From contig CBIHMQ010000001.1 in assembly GCA_966211075.1 (NCBI GenBank), positions 1 through 40,875 of the forward strand: a stretch of DNA of 40,875 nucleotides, read 5' to 3'. The position numbers and the translations under genes were made by a program. The stretch is from an uncultured bacterium (lineage in GTDB: Bacteria > Actinomycetota > Thermoleophilia > Solirubrobacterales > 70-9). This document shows, in pieces, positions 23,171 through 31,393 of the stretch (positions are counted from its first letter, which is position 1; every line of letters starts with the position of its first letter). Under the pieces are notes generated by a model. That model did no database searches, was not told where the DNA came from, and saw nothing but the letters and a program-made list of their open reading frames with translations.

Positions 23171-24300
23171 CCGCAGGCGTCTTCCCCTCGCAGGCCCTCC
23201 GGCGGGCGATAGACGACGAGTGGGTCAGCTCCGGCGACTACCGGATCCGCCCCGAGGCGATCCAGCCGGCCAGCATCGACCTGCGCCTCGGCGACTTCGC
23301 CTGGGCGCTGCGCTGTTCCTTCCTGCCGGACGTCGACTCCACCGTCGAGGAGAAGCTCGAGGGTCTCGCCTTTCAGAAGATCGACCTGCGCGACGGGGCG
23401 GTGCTGGAGCGCGACCGTCCCTACCTGGTGCCGCTGATCGAGGAGCTCGCTCTGCCCGAAGACGTGCGGGCCAGGGCCAACCCGAAGAGCTCGACGGGGC
23501 GGCTCGACGTCTTCACCCGGGTCATCACCGACCGCCAGCACCGCTTCGACGAGATCCGCCCCGGCTACCGCGGCAGGCTCTACCTCGAGGTGGTGCCGCG
23601 CTCCTTCGCGATCCAGGTCGAAACCGGCCTCTCGCTCAACCAGCTGCGGTTGCAGCGCGGCAACGTCCGGGTCGACGACGACGAGATCCGCGAGCTACAG
23701 GCGCGCAGCCCGCTGCTCTACCTCGACTCGCGTCCGCTCGACCCGGCCGAGCTGGCGGTCGCCGACGGGCTCTTCCTCAGCCTCGACCTCTCCGGCCCCG
23801 CCGACCGCGTGGTCGGCTACCGGGCCAAGAAGAACAGCCTTCCCGTTGACCTCTCCAAGGTCCGCGCCTACCGCTGGACCGACTACTGGGACCCGGTCCA
23901 CCCCGAGCCGGGCGGCCGCATCGTCCTCGAGCCGGAGATCTTCTACCTGCTGCTCTCAGCCGAGGGGGTCAGCATCCTGCCCCAGATCGCCGCTGAGATG
24001 ATGGCCTACGACCCGACCGCCGGCGAGCTCCGCACCCACTACGCCGGCTTCTTCGACCCCGGCTTCGGCTACGACCCGGCCGGCGAGCGGCACGGCAGCC
24101 GCGCCGCCCTCGAGGTCCGTGCCCGCGACGTCTCCTTCATGGTCGAGCACCGCCAGCCGGTCTGCAAGCTCGGCCTGGAATGGATGGAGGCACCGGCCGA
24201 GCGCCTCTACGGCGCCGACCTCGGCTCCAACTACCAGGGCCAGGTGACGATGCTCAGCAAGCACTTCGAGGAGCAGACCGCCGGCGCTCCGGTGGCCTAG
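23167..24300 (+). CDS. long-form 2'-deoxycytidine 5'-triphosphate deaminase (Pfam 'DCD' family, ~370 aa)
   Basis: Contains 'IQPASIDLRLGDFAW', 'ANPKSSTGRLDVFTRVITD', 'AAEMMAYDPTAGELRTHYAGFFDPGFGY' and 'GSNYQGQ...LSKHF', matching my memory of the long DCD family. Confidence 0.82.
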   Translation: MTAGVFPSQALRRAIDDEWVSSGDYRIRPEAIQPASIDLRLGDFAWALRCSFLPDVDSTVEEKLEGLAFQKIDLRDGAVLERDRPYLVPLIEELALPEDVRARANPKSSTGRLDVFTRVITDRQHRFDEIRPGYRGRLYLEVVPRSFAIQVETGLSLNQLRLQRGNVRVDDDEIRELQARSPLLYLDSRPLDPAELAVADGLFLSLDLSGPADRVVGYRAKKNSLPVDLSKVRAYRWTDYWDPVHPEPGGRIVLEPEIFYLLLSAEGVSILPQIAAEMMAYDPTAGELRTHYAGFFDPGFGYDPAGERHGSRAALEVRARDVSFMVEHRQPVCKLGLEWMEAPAERLYGADLGSNYQGQVTMLSKHFEEQTAGAPVA

Positions 24301-24758
24301 CGCGCGGCCGGCGCCCGGTCCAGCTCGCGCAATAGGCCCTGGACTTTGCGGCGGCGGGCGACAAGCTCCTCCTCGAGGGCGGCGATCTCGTCGCGGCGGC
24401 GCCGCACCAGCTCCAGCTGGCGGCCGAGGTGGGCGAGCGCGTCCTCGAGGATCTGGTGGCGGCGGGCCGTGTCCTCGACCCCGGCGTCCCACTCGCGGCG
24501 GCGGGCGGCGCGGGCGCCCTCGGCCTCGACCAGCTCCTTCAGCTCCTCGAGCGAGAGGCCGAGCAGGTCCTTCAGCCGCAGGACCTCGGCGAGCCGCTCG
24601 ACGTCGGCCTCGGCGTAGCTGCGGTGGGCGCCGGGCTCGCGGCCGCTCGCGGTCGGCAGCAGTCCCAGCTCCTCGTAGTAGCGGATCGTCCGCGGCGTCG
24701 TCCCGGCCCGCCTGGCGACCTCGCCGATCCGCAGCTCCCGCTCGCCGGCGCCGCTCAT
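24297..24758 (-). CDS. MerR-family transcriptional regulator
   Basis: 'LRIGEVARRAGTTPRTIRYYEELGLLP' plus a coiled-coil C-terminus. ATG 24758 overlaps the stop of the upstream MFS gene (ATGA). Confidence 0.9.
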   Translation of the reverse strand: MSGAGERELRIGEVARRAGTTPRTIRYYEELGLLPTASGREPGAHRSYAEADVERLAEVLRLKDLLGLSLEELKELVEAEGARAARRREWDAGVEDTARRHQILEDALAHLGRQLELVRRRRDEIAALEEELVARRRKVQGLLRELDRAPAAR

Positions 24759-26281
24759 GGGACGGCCCGAACCTCGTCGGCGATGGCCTCCTCGATCGCC
24801 TCGGCCGGCGGGCAGGACCGTGCCGCGCCGTGCTCGCGCGGGCGCAGCAGCGAGACTCCGGCGCCGAGCACCGAGGTTGCGGCCAGTACCCAGAGGGCCG
24901 TGTGCATGTTGTGGATGAAGGGGTCGAGCTGAACCCTGGAGAGGCCGGTGGCGAGGCCGGAGAAGATTGCGAAGAGGACCTCTTTGGGGATCGAGTTGGT
25001 GACGATCGCCAGCACGAAGGCGATCGAGATCACGGCGCCGGTGTTCTGCAGCATCGTCCGCGCCCCGGCGGCGATCCCGCGCCGCTCGGTCGGCACCGTC
25101 CCCATCATCGCCGCCGTGTTCGGCGAGTTGAACATCCCCGAGCCGACCCCGACCAGGGCCAGCCAGAGGCCGCCCTCCCAGTAGGCCGTGTCGGCCTGCA
25201 GCGTCGTCATCGCCGCCAGCCCCAGGGCGGTCACCAGCATCCCCATCGCCGCCAGCGTGCGGGAGCCGTGGCGGTCGGCCCAGATCCCGGCGAGCGGGGA
25301 GGAGACCAGCATCCCGATCGCCATCGGCGCCAGTTTGATCCCGGCCGTGATCGGGTCGTCGCCCTGGGCGCCCTGGAAGTAGAAGACGAAGATGAACATC
25401 AACGCGAAGCGCGAGAGGCCGTTTATGAAGGCGGCGCCGGTGGCGGCGGCGAAGAGGCGGTTGCGGAAGATCGAGAGGTCGAGCATCGGCGCCTTGCCGC
25501 GATGCTCGATGAGGACGAAGAGCGGCAGTAGGACGGCGGCGACGACGAGGCTGCCGATGACCAGCGAGTCGTCCCAGCCGGAGAGCCCGCCGCGCGATAT
25601 TCCGTAAACGAGGCCGGTCAGGCCGACCACGAAGGCGAGGGTGCCGCCAAGGTCGAGGCCGCGGACGGTGTCCCGGCTGGACAGCTCGCGGAGGACCAGC
25701 GCCGCCCAAAGGGCCCCGGCCAGGGCCAGCGGCACGTTGAACCAGAAGACCCACTGCCAGGAGATCGCGACCAGGGCACCGCCGAGGACCGGGCCGACGA
25801 CCAGCCCGATTGCCGCCACCATCGTGTTCGTTCCCATCGCCAGCCCGAGCTGCTCGCGCGGGAAGGCGTCGGTGACCAGGGCGGGACCGTTGGCGAAGAT
25901 GAAGGCGCCGCCGATCCCCTGGACGATCCGCCAGAGGCTCAATTGGGTGCCGTCGGCGGCGTAGCCGGCGCCGTGCGAGGCGGCGGCGAAGATCGCGAAG
26001 GCGCCTAGGATGGCGGTCTGGCGGCCGAACAGGTCCGAGAGGCGACCGGCGGCGAGGACCAGCACGGTCGAGGAGATCATGTAGGCGAGGATCACCCACA
26101 CCAGTTCCAGCAGGCTGGTCCCGAGCGCCCGCTCGAGGTCCGGCAGGGCAATGATCAGCGTCCCCGAGTTGGTCGCGACCAGCAGCATCCCCAGGCTGGT
26201 GCAGGAGAGCGCCCACCACTTGTAGTGCTCATGGTCGGCGTCGACCCCGGCGCCCCCGGTGAACCGGCTCCTTACGTTCAC
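24755..26281 (-). CDS. MFS drug:H+ antiporter, DHA2 (EmrB/QacA, 14-TMS) family
   Basis: 508 aa. 'ALPDLERALGTSLLELVWVILAYMISSTVLVLAAGRLSDLFGRQ' is a typical DHA2 N-terminal region. GTG start. Confidence 0.9.
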   Translation of the reverse strand: MNVRSRFTGGAGVDADHEHYKWWALSCTSLGMLLVATNSGTLIIALPDLERALGTSLLELVWVILAYMISSTVLVLAAGRLSDLFGRQTAILGAFAIFAAASHGAGYAADGTQLSLWRIVQGIGGAFIFANGPALVTDAFPREQLGLAMGTNTMVAAIGLVVGPVLGGALVAISWQWVFWFNVPLALAGALWAALVLRELSSRDTVRGLDLGGTLAFVVGLTGLVYGISRGGLSGWDDSLVIGSLVVAAVLLPLFVLIEHRGKAPMLDLSIFRNRLFAAATGAAFINGLSRFALMFIFVFYFQGAQGDDPITAGIKLAPMAIGMLVSSPLAGIWADRHGSRTLAAMGMLVTALGLAAMTTLQADTAYWEGGLWLALVGVGSGMFNSPNTAAMMGTVPTERRGIAAGARTMLQNTGAVISIAFVLAIVTNSIPKEVLFAIFSGLATGLSRVQLDPFIHNMHTALWVLAATSVLGAGVSLLRPREHGAARSCPPAEAIEEAIADEVRAVP

Positions 26282-26303
26282 GTTAATTACAGTAGCAACC
26301 TGG

Positions 26304-26350
26304 ACGCGTCTGCCCCTGCCCGTCCTATAGGCGGGTCAGGGCAGACGCGT
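26304..26350. promoter_or_regulatory. 47-bp near-perfect palindrome between divergent MFS-MerR operon and ytoQ
   Basis: ACGCGTCTGCCC-CTG-CCCG-T-CCTATAGG-CGGG-TCA-GGGCAGACGCGT, with perfect outer 12-bp arms. It is a candidate operator for the MerR-type regulator, or an RNA hairpin. Confidence 0.4.
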
Positions 26351-26366
26351 GGTTAGGATCGGGGTG

Positions 26367-26837
26367 ATGACGGAGCGCACCTGGCACGTGTATCTCTCTG
26401 GGGAGATCCATTCCGACTGGCGGAAGCGGATCGAGGACGGGGCTGCCGAGGCCGGGCTACCGGTGGTGTTCTCGGCGCCGATCACCGACCACGCCGCCTC
26501 CGACGACGCCGGGACCGGGACGCTGGGGCCGGAGCGGGACCCCTTCTGGCGCGACCACAAGGGCGCCGGGGTCAACGCGATCCGCACCCAGACGATGATC
26601 CGCCACGCCGACCTAGTCGTCGTCCGCTTCGGCGACAAGTACCGGCAGTGGAACGCGGCCTTCGACGCCGGCTTCGCGGCTGCGCTCGGCAAGCCGATCG
26701 TCACCCTCCACGACCCCGAGCTCGACCACGCGCTCAAGGAGGTCGACCGGGCTGCCGAGGCGACCGCCCGCGAGGCCGAGCAGGTCGTCGACGTCCTTCG
26801 CTACGTGATCGCGGGCGAGCTCCCCGCCAGAGGCTGA
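26367..26837 (+). CDS. ytoQ: YtoQ-family protein (nucleoside 2-deoxyribosyltransferase-like fold, function unknown)
   Basis: 'VYLSGEIHSDWRKRI' and 'RFGDKYRQWNAAFDAGFAAALGKPIV...LKEVD' match my memory of B. subtilis YtoQ. ATG 26367 is chosen inside ORF 26349..26837. Confidence 0.78.
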   Translation: MTERTWHVYLSGEIHSDWRKRIEDGAAEAGLPVVFSAPITDHAASDDAGTGTLGPERDPFWRDHKGAGVNAIRTQTMIRHADLVVVRFGDKYRQWNAAFDAGFAAALGKPIVTLHDPELDHALKEVDRAAEATAREAEQVVDVLRYVIAGELPARG

Positions 26838-26841
26838 GCCG

Positions 26842-27330
26842 GTGGCCGCGGCCGACAACCTGGCGACGATCGAGCGCTTGTACGCGGCCTTCGGCGAGTG
26901 CAACGGGGCGGCGATGACCGCCTGCTACGCGCCCGGCGCCCACTTTCGCGACCCCGCCTTCGGGGACCTCGAGGGCGACGACGTCGGGGCGATGTGGCGG
27001 ATGCTGACCGGCCGCGCCACCGACCTGGTGATCGAGCTCCACGAGCACGAGGCGGGGGAGGAGACCGGCACCGCCCACTGGATCGCGCGCTACACGTTCT
27101 CCACCGGCCGACCGGTCGTCAACGACATCCAGGCCCGCTTCCGCTTCGCTCCCGACGGCCGCATCGCCGACCACGTCGACGAGTTCGACTTCCGCAACTG
27201 GGCCAAGCAGGCCCTCGGCCCGGCCGGCCACCTGGTCGCCCTGCTGCCGCCGCTGCGCGCCAAGGCCCGGGGCAAAGCGCTCGAGCAGCTCGCCGCCTAC
27301 AAGCGCGACGAGACCGGCTCCAGCCTCTAG
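26842..27330 (+). CDS. SnoaL-like / nuclear transport factor 2 family protein
   Basis: 'NLATIERLYAAFGECNGAAMTACYAPGAHFRDPAFG' is a typical NTF2-like N-terminus. Length 162 aa, GTG start. Confidence 0.78.
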   Translation: MAAADNLATIERLYAAFGECNGAAMTACYAPGAHFRDPAFGDLEGDDVGAMWRMLTGRATDLVIELHEHEAGEETGTAHWIARYTFSTGRPVVNDIQARFRFAPDGRIADHVDEFDFRNWAKQALGPAGHLVALLPPLRAKARGKALEQLAAYKRDETGSSL

Positions 27331-27412
27331 TTGTCCCTCGTCGTCCCGGCTGTTTCTCCCCGCAAATCGCGGAGAGGACGCGCTGCCGCCAGTTTTCCGC
27401 CGACCCCGTATG

Positions 27413-27426
27413 CGAACATACGTTCG
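27413..27426. promoter_or_regulatory. LexA (SOS / Cheo-type) box
   Basis: CGAACATACGTTCG fits the Gram-positive/actinobacterial GAAC-N4-GTTC palindrome with flanking C/G. It ends 1 nt before ATG 27428. The -10-like hexamer TACGTT lies inside it. Confidence 0.6.
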
Positions 27427-27427
27427 T

Positions 27428-28519
27428 ATGAGATGGGACGAACAAAGAGTCGAGAACGACCTGCGGTTGCCCGGGGTGGGCGACGGCACCGTGGTCCGGA
27501 CCTTCGACGCGCCGGAGGCGATGGGGATCAACTTCCACGAGGTCCGCGCCCGCTCGGCGCTCAACCACGTGCCCGGTGGGAGGTACGGATTCAGCTGGAC
27601 GATCAACCCCTATCGAGGCTGCAGTCACGCCTGCACCTATTGCTTTGCCCGGCGCACGCACAAATACCTCGACCTCGATCCGGGGCGGGACTTCGAGCGG
27701 GAGATCGTCGTAAAGGTCAACGTCCCGGAGCTGCTGCGGGCGGAGCTGGCGCGGCCGAGCTGGGAGCGGGACCTGGTCGCGCTGGGGACCAACACCGACC
27801 CCTACCAGTGGGTCGAGAGCCGTTACCGGATGATGCCGGAGATCCTCGAGGCGCTGGAGCGGGCGGAAACGCCGGTCTCGGTGCTGACCAAGTCGCCGTT
27901 GGCGATGCGCGACGTGAAGATCTACCAGCGGATGGCGAAGAAGCTGCCGGTCTCGGTGAACATGTCGGTGCCGACGCTGGACGAGGACGCCTGGCGAGCC
28001 ACCGAGCCGCACACGCCCAGTCCCGCCGCCCGGCTCGATGCCGTCGCCGAGTTGCGCCGGCGCGGCATCGACTCCGGCGTCCTGATCGCGCCGCTGATGC
28101 CCGGCATCAACGACGACCCCGACCAGGTCCGCCCGATCGTCGAGAAGGCGCGCAAGGCCGGCGCCACCTTCCTCGGTGGCGTCGCCCTCCACCTTCGCGA
28201 CGAGGTCAAGGACGTCTTCTTCGCCTGGCTCGAAACCAAACGCCCCGACCTCCTGCCCACATACGAACAGCTCTACCGCGGCCGCGCCTACATGAAGCCC
28301 GAGCAGAGGAAGAAGGCCACCCGCGCGGTGCGCGGCTGGGGGAGAGGAAGGGTGACGAGCTCAACCCCCACTGGGAAAGCGGGCAACTCCCGGAATTCGG
28401 AGTCCAGACGAGCGGTTTCTGCGGGGGGTGGCGCGGGGAGAGGGGGGTCGAGGACGACCGCGCCCGCAGACCCCCCTCTCCCCGTGACAGGACCCGCCGC
28501 GCAGAAAGCCCTCTTCTAA
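27428..28519 (+). CDS. Rv2578c-type radical SAM protein (spore-photoproduct-lyase-like DNA-repair family)
   Basis: Contains the CxxxCxxC cluster 'NPYRGCSHACTYCFAR'. I recall the N-terminus 'MRWDEQ' as typical of the family. ATG 27428 is preferred over 27410 because the SOS box lies between them. The last ~50 codons are low-complexity G/P-rich and pass through a long hairpin. Confidence 0.82.
   Translation: MRWDEQRVENDLRLPGVGDGTVVRTFDAPEAMGINFHEVRARSALNHVPGGRYGFSWTINPYRGCSHACTYCFARRTHKYLDLDPGRDFEREIVVKVNVPELLRAELARPSWERDLVALGTNTDPYQWVESRYRMMPEILEALERAETPVSVLTKSPLAMRDVKIYQRMAKKLPVSVNMSVPTLDEDAWRATEPHTPSPAARLDAVAELRRRGIDSGVLIAPLMPGINDDPDQVRPIVEKARKAGATFLGGVALHLRDEVKDVFFAWLETKRPDLLPTYEQLYRGRAYMKPEQRKKATRAVRGWGRGRVTSSTPTGKAGNSRNSESRRAVSAGGGAGRGGSRTTAPADPPLPVTGPAAQKALF
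28416..28507. terminator. long composite hairpin at the junction of two convergent genes
   Basis: Inner perfect 15-bp stem GGGGAGAGGGGGGTC (28435..28449) / GACCCCCCTCTCCCC (28469..28483). Outer 8-bp stem TTTCTGCG (28416..28423) / CGCAGAAA (28500..28507). Confidence 0.45.
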
Positions 28520-29469
28520 TCCCCTTCGTCCAATTCCGAGAAGGTGCACTCCGCCGGCGCCTTGTCGTCGCGGAACCGGTGGAAGCGGGCGCCGTGGCGG
28601 ATGCGGCCGCCGGCGGCATGGTCGTAGCCGACCTCGATGACCAACTCGGGGCGGAGGGCGACCCACTCGAGGTCGCGGCCGCCGGTCCAACGGCTCGGCT
28701 CGGCGCTGCCGCGGTCGCCGGTCTCCAGCGGGGCCAGCATCGAGCGCATCGCCCGTTTCGCTTCCTTGCTGAAGCCGGAGATGTGGCCGACGGGACGCAG
28801 CTCGTCGCCGTCGTAGAGACCCAGGATCAGCGAGCCGACGGTGCCCTCCTCTTTGCCGGGTCGCCAGCCGAGGACCACGCAGTCGATCGTCCGCTCGCGC
28901 TTCACCTTCGCCATGCCGCGGCGTTTGCCGGGCTCGTAGACCGCGTCGAGCTGCTTCGCCATCACGCCCTCGCCGGTCCGCAGCCATTTCTCGGCCGCCG
29001 CCGGGTCCGGGGTCAGTGGCGTCAGCTCCAGCCCGGCCCGCTCGCCGATCGCCTCCAGGCGCCGCCGCCGCTCGGCCAGCGGCGCCTCCAGCAGCGCCTC
29101 GTCGCCCTCGGCCAGCAGGTCGAAGACGACGTACTGGACCGGGATCTCCTTGGAGAGCATCTCGATCCGCGACTGGGCGGGGTGGATCCGTTCCTGGAGA
29201 GAGTCGAATTCGAGGTTGCCGTCGCTGTCGCGGATCACCAGCTCGCCGTCCAGCACCCAGCGCCCCGGCGCGAAGCTCAACTCCGGGAAGTACCGCCGCA
29301 GTTCTTTGCCACCGCGCGACTGCACGTAGAAGTCGTCGCCGTCGACAAACACGATCGCCCGGAACCCGTCCAGCTTCGGCTCATACGCCCACCCCTCCCC
29401 TTCTGGCAGGACTTTCCGCGTCAGGGCCAACTGGGGCTTGATAGGCGGTGCCAGTGGCAGGCTCACCAC
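28516..29469 (-). CDS. ATP-dependent DNA ligase (LigC-like, adenylation + OB domains only)
   Basis: The 3' part of ORF 28516..30390. Contains the KxDG adenylation motif 'EPKLDGFR' plus 'EGVMAKQLDAVYEPGKR' and 'KVKRERTIDCVVLG'. GTG at 29469 (VVSLPLAPPIKPQLA...). Confidence 0.85.
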   Translation of the reverse strand: MVSLPLAPPIKPQLALTRKVLPEGEGWAYEPKLDGFRAIVFVDGDDFYVQSRGGKELRRYFPELSFAPGRWVLDGELVIRDSDGNLEFDSLQERIHPAQSRIEMLSKEIPVQYVVFDLLAEGDEALLEAPLAERRRRLEAIGERAGLELTPLTPDPAAAEKWLRTGEGVMAKQLDAVYEPGKRRGMAKVKRERTIDCVVLGWRPGKEEGTVGSLILGLYDGDELRPVGHISGFSKEAKRAMRSMLAPLETGDRGSAEPSRWTGGRDLEWVALRPELVIEVGYDHAAGGRIRHGARFHRFRDDKAPAECTFSELDEGD

Positions 29470-29493
29470 CGAGAGGCTACGTGAGGCGGAGCT

Positions 29494-29536
29494 GACACCC
29501 CGACGCCGGAAACTCCTCTTCCGCCGGAGGGGTGTC
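29494..29536 (-). terminator. hairpin overlapping the stop of the last ABC ATPase gene
   Basis: GACACCCC (29494..29501) / GGGGTGTC (29529..29536), with inner CGGAA / TTCCG pairing. No U-tract. Confidence 0.4.
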
Positions 29537-30359
29537 AGCCCCGCCTTGCGCGCGCTTCCTTGGGATCCGGCACCGGCACCGCCGCGAGCAGCTTCTTCGT
29601 GTACTCGTCGCGCGGCTGCTCGCAGACCTGGTCGGCGGTGCCCTCCTCGACGATCTTGCCCTTGTTCATCACCGCGATCCGGTCGGCGATGTGGCGGACG
29701 ACGCCGATGTCGTGGGCGACGAACAGGTAGGTCAGGCCCAGTTCGTCCTGCAGATCGTCGAGCAGGTTGACGATCTGGGCCTGGATCGAGACGTCGAGGG
29801 CCGAGACCGGCTCGTCGGCGATCACGAGCTTCGGCCGCGGCGCCAGCGCTCTGGCGATCCCGATCCGTTGCCGTTGCCCGCCGGAGAACTCGTGTGGGAA
29901 GCGGTTGTAGTGCTCGCTGGCGAGGCCGACCCGCTCGAGCAGCTCGTGGACTCGCTTGCGCAGCTCGGCGCCGGAGGCGACATCCTGGCGCTTCAGCGGG
30001 TCCCCGACGATCTGGCCGACGCGTTTGCGCGGGTTCAGCGAGGCGTAGGGGTCCTGGAAGATCATCTGCATCTCGCGCCGGAGCGGCCGCATCCGCCGCC
30101 GGGAGAGGCCGGCTATCTCCCGCCCCTCGAAGCGCACCGAGCCGGAGCTCGGCTTGGTCAGCCCCAGCACCGCCCGGCAGGCCGTCGACTTGCCGCTGCC
30201 GGACTCGCCGACCAGGCCGAGGGTCTGGCCGCGCTCGACCCGGAAGCCGATCCCATCGACCGCCCGCACCCGGTCGACCTCGCGGTCGATCAGGATCCCC
30301 CGCTTGACCGGGAAGTGCTTGACGAGGTCGCTGACCTCGAGCAGGGCCTCGCCGCTCAT
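29535..30359 (-). CDS. ABC transporter ATP-binding protein, OppF/DppF type
   Basis: Walker A 'GESGSGKST', signature 'FSGGQRQRIGIARAL', Walker B 'LVIADEPVSALD'. ATG 30359 overlaps the upstream stop (ATGA). Confidence 0.9.
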   Translation of the reverse strand: MSGEALLEVSDLVKHFPVKRGILIDREVDRVRAVDGIGFRVERGQTLGLVGESGSGKSTACRAVLGLTKPSSGSVRFEGREIAGLSRRRMRPLRREMQMIFQDPYASLNPRKRVGQIVGDPLKRQDVASGAELRKRVHELLERVGLASEHYNRFPHEFSGGQRQRIGIARALAPRPKLVIADEPVSALDVSIQAQIVNLLDDLQDELGLTYLFVAHDIGVVRHIADRIAVMNKGKIVEEGTADQVCEQPRDEYTKKLLAAVPVPDPKEARARRG

Positions 30360-31393
30360 GGCCCCGGTGCCTCCAGGCCGATCTGGCCATTGACCTCCCG
30401 CTTGGCCCGCTTTTCCTCCGGAGTCAGCCAGCAGCGGTCGCGGTGTTCCGGGGCCTCCGCCAGCCGCGCCTCCAGCGCCGGCACCCGCGGGCACTTGCCG
30501 AACTCGTGCGGGCAGCGGGGCCGGAAGGCGCAGCCCCGCGGCAGCTCCAGCAGCGAGGGCGGGGCGCCGCCGATCTGCGGCAGCCGCGGCGGCCGCGGCC
30601 GGTCGAGCCTGGTCAGCGAGCCGAGCAGTCCCCAGGTATAGGGGTGCTGGGGGTCGTAGAAGATCTCGTCGAGGCTGCCCTCCTCGACCACCTTGCCGGC
30701 GTACATGACCAGCACCCGGTCGGCGACTTCGGCGACCACTCCGAGGTCGTGGGTGATCAGGATCGTCGCCAGCCCCCGTTCGCGGTTGAGGTCCTCGAGC
30801 AGGCGGAGGATCTGGGCCTGGATCGTCACGTCGAGCGCGGTGGTCGGCTCGTCGGCGATCAGCACGTCGGGCTCCAGGGCCAGCGCCATCGCGATCATCG
30901 CCCGCTGCCGCATCCCACCCGAGAACTCGTGCGGGTAGTCGTCGACCCGCTTCTCGGCCTCGGGGATGCCGACCGCCTCGAACAGCTCCACCGCCCGTAC
31001 CCGCGCCTCCTCCTTGGAGATGTCGCGGTGCGCTCGCATCGCCTCGGCGAGCTGGCGGCCGATCCGGTAGACCGGGTTGAAGGAGGTCATCGGGTCCTGG
31101 AAGACCATCGCGATCCGGTCGCCGCGCAGCCGCCGCAGGGTCGCGTCGCTGGCCTCGATCAGCTCCTCGCCCTCAAACTCCACCGAGCCCTCGATCCGCG
31201 CGTTCCGCGAGCGGGTCAGGCCCATGATCGTCTGCGCGGTGACGCTCTTCCCCGAGCCCGACTCGCCGACGATCGCCAGCACCTCGCCCGGCCGCAGCTC
31301 GAAGCTGACGCCGTCGACCGCCTGCAGCAGCCCGGCTTCGGTGGCGAAGCCGACCCGCAGGTCGCTGACCGAGAGGATCGCCCCGTCGCTCAC
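30356..31393 (-). CDS. ABC transporter ATP-binding protein, OppD/DppD type with Cys-rich C-terminal extension
   Basis: Walker A 'GESGSGKSV', signature '[15 protein letters not shown]', Walker B '[12 protein letters not shown]'. The C-terminal '[15 protein letters not shown]...HRDRC' is present. GTG 31393 overlaps the permease stop (GTGA). Confidence 0.9.
   Translation of the reverse strand: MSDGAILSVSDLRVGFATEAGLLQAVDGVSFELRPGEVLAIVGESGSGKSVTAQTIMGLTRSRNARIEGSVEFEGEELIEASDATLRRLRGDRIAMVFQDPMTSFNPVYRIGRQLAEAMRAHRDISKEEARVRAVELFEAVGIPEAEKRVDDYPHEFSGGMRQRAMIAMALALEPDVLIADEPTTALDVTIQAQILRLLEDLNRERGLATILITHDLGVVAEVADRVLVMYAGKVVEEGSLDEIFYDPQHPYTWGLLGSLTRLDRPRPPRLPQIGGAPPSLLELPRGCAFRPRCPHEFGKCPRVPALEARLAEAPEHRDRCWLTPEEKRAKREVNGQIGLEAPGP

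Noticed and set aside
24297-24300. Overlapping convergent stop codons (CTAG here, CTAA at 28516..28519), and 29-bp and 49-bp convergent gene overlaps at 7591..7619 and 16557..16605
   Set aside because: These reflect tight packing in a compact high-GC genome, and some depend on uncertain gene ends. I see no evidence of a specific regulatory role.
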